A DNA stretch of 34,484 bases from a virus (Duplodnaviria; Caudoviricetes). Positions 34,099 through 34,484 of the stretch are shown in pieces. The notes under the pieces were generated by a model. The model was not told the DNA's origin, ran no database searches, and saw nothing but the letters and a program-made list of their open reading frames with translations. A program made the translations under genes and the position numbers. Positions within the stretch are counted from its first letter, which is position 1; every line of letters begins with the position of its first letter. The stretch covers positions 1 to 34,484 of IMG/VR virus record IMGVR_UViG_3300033076_001074. The stretch is one strand, 5' to 3'.

Positions 34099-34484
34099 AT
34101 GGATATAGTAGAAACTCAAAAAATGTTTAAAGAAATGTACCCTGATACTTTAGTTAAATTTGACCTAGATGAAAAATGTCTAAGAAAATGTGAGTGCATT
34201 ATGACAGAAGGTCTTCCGAATTTGCATCATCATCTTGAATTCGAAAAAGTTAGAGTTATTGTAGAAAATATTTTAGATAGATATGTGCCAATCACAACAC
34301 ACAGAGTTACTACCAATTGGGCCGAATTTAAAAAAATTGTTTCTAGTAAAAACGAAGTTTATCTACATCCTGAAACAAAAAAAGTTTTTAAAGAACTGAG
34401 TATAGATTCTGAAAAAAAAGTTGAATATGAATATTATGATATTGCAAAGAGTGGAAAAAGCAAACATAATCCTTCACAAAAGAT
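34099..34484 (+). CDS. Hypothetical protein running off the window end
   Basis: AGGAG RBS; MDIVETQKMFKEMYPD..., 128 open codons. Confidence 0.75.
   Translation, partial: MDIVETQKMFKEMYPDTLVKFDLDEKCLRKCECIMTEGLPNLHHHLEFEKVRVIVENILDRYVPITTHRVTTNWAEFKKIVSSKNEVYLHPETKKVFKELSIDSEKKVEYEYYDIAKSGKSKHNPSQK

Larger units (their letters stand above)
1..34484. mobile_element. Tailed dsDNA phage genome (podovirus-like), possibly complete and circular
   Basis: Ordered recombination, replication, terminase, portal, scaffold, capsid, tail tube, ejection and fibre modules. No tape measure or sheath gene and no host housekeeping genes. Confidence 0.95.

Noticed and set aside
1-34484. CRISPR array, tRNA, diversity-generating retroelement or stop-codon recoding
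   Set aside because: No repeat-spacer array, cloverleaf or reverse transcriptase seen; core genes are intact under the standard code with all three stops used.

Overview
The window is an AT-rich tailed dsDNA phage genome with podovirus-like (P22/N4-gp56-type) head and tail architecture. It may be complete and circular, because the last ORF continues in frame across the 34484/1 junction. Layout: (1) a leftward early operon (small membrane and secreted proteins, YqaJ exonuclease, RecT-like annealer) divergent from a Cro-like HTH gene; (2) a rightward SpoVG-like gene, replication initiator with internal G-tract iterons, RusA-like resolvase, accessory genes and a metallophosphoesterase; (3) terminase small and large subunits, portal, scaffold, an antisense HNH gene, major capsid, FCCH-like-domain virion proteins, tail tube/nozzle, ejection proteins and a KTSC protein; (4) an inverted accessory island with xis-like HTH, integrase-arm-like fragment and truncated SPFH; (5) a multi-gene tail fibre/spike module. 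No integrase catalytic domain, CI-type repressor or endolysin is recognisable. The most notable observation is a 28-bp dif-like Xer site (8543-8570) followed 16 nt later by an unannotated stand-alone FtsK-gamma-like ORF (8587-8766), which suggests a phage-encoded XerD activator for integrase-free integration. Other highlights: a stand-alone RNA polymerase alpha-CTD-like protein, three UCGC-loop hairpins ahead of the capsid gene, paralogous micro-lipopeptides, and synonymously saturated tail fibre repeats. All family calls come from reading motifs by eye, not from database searches.
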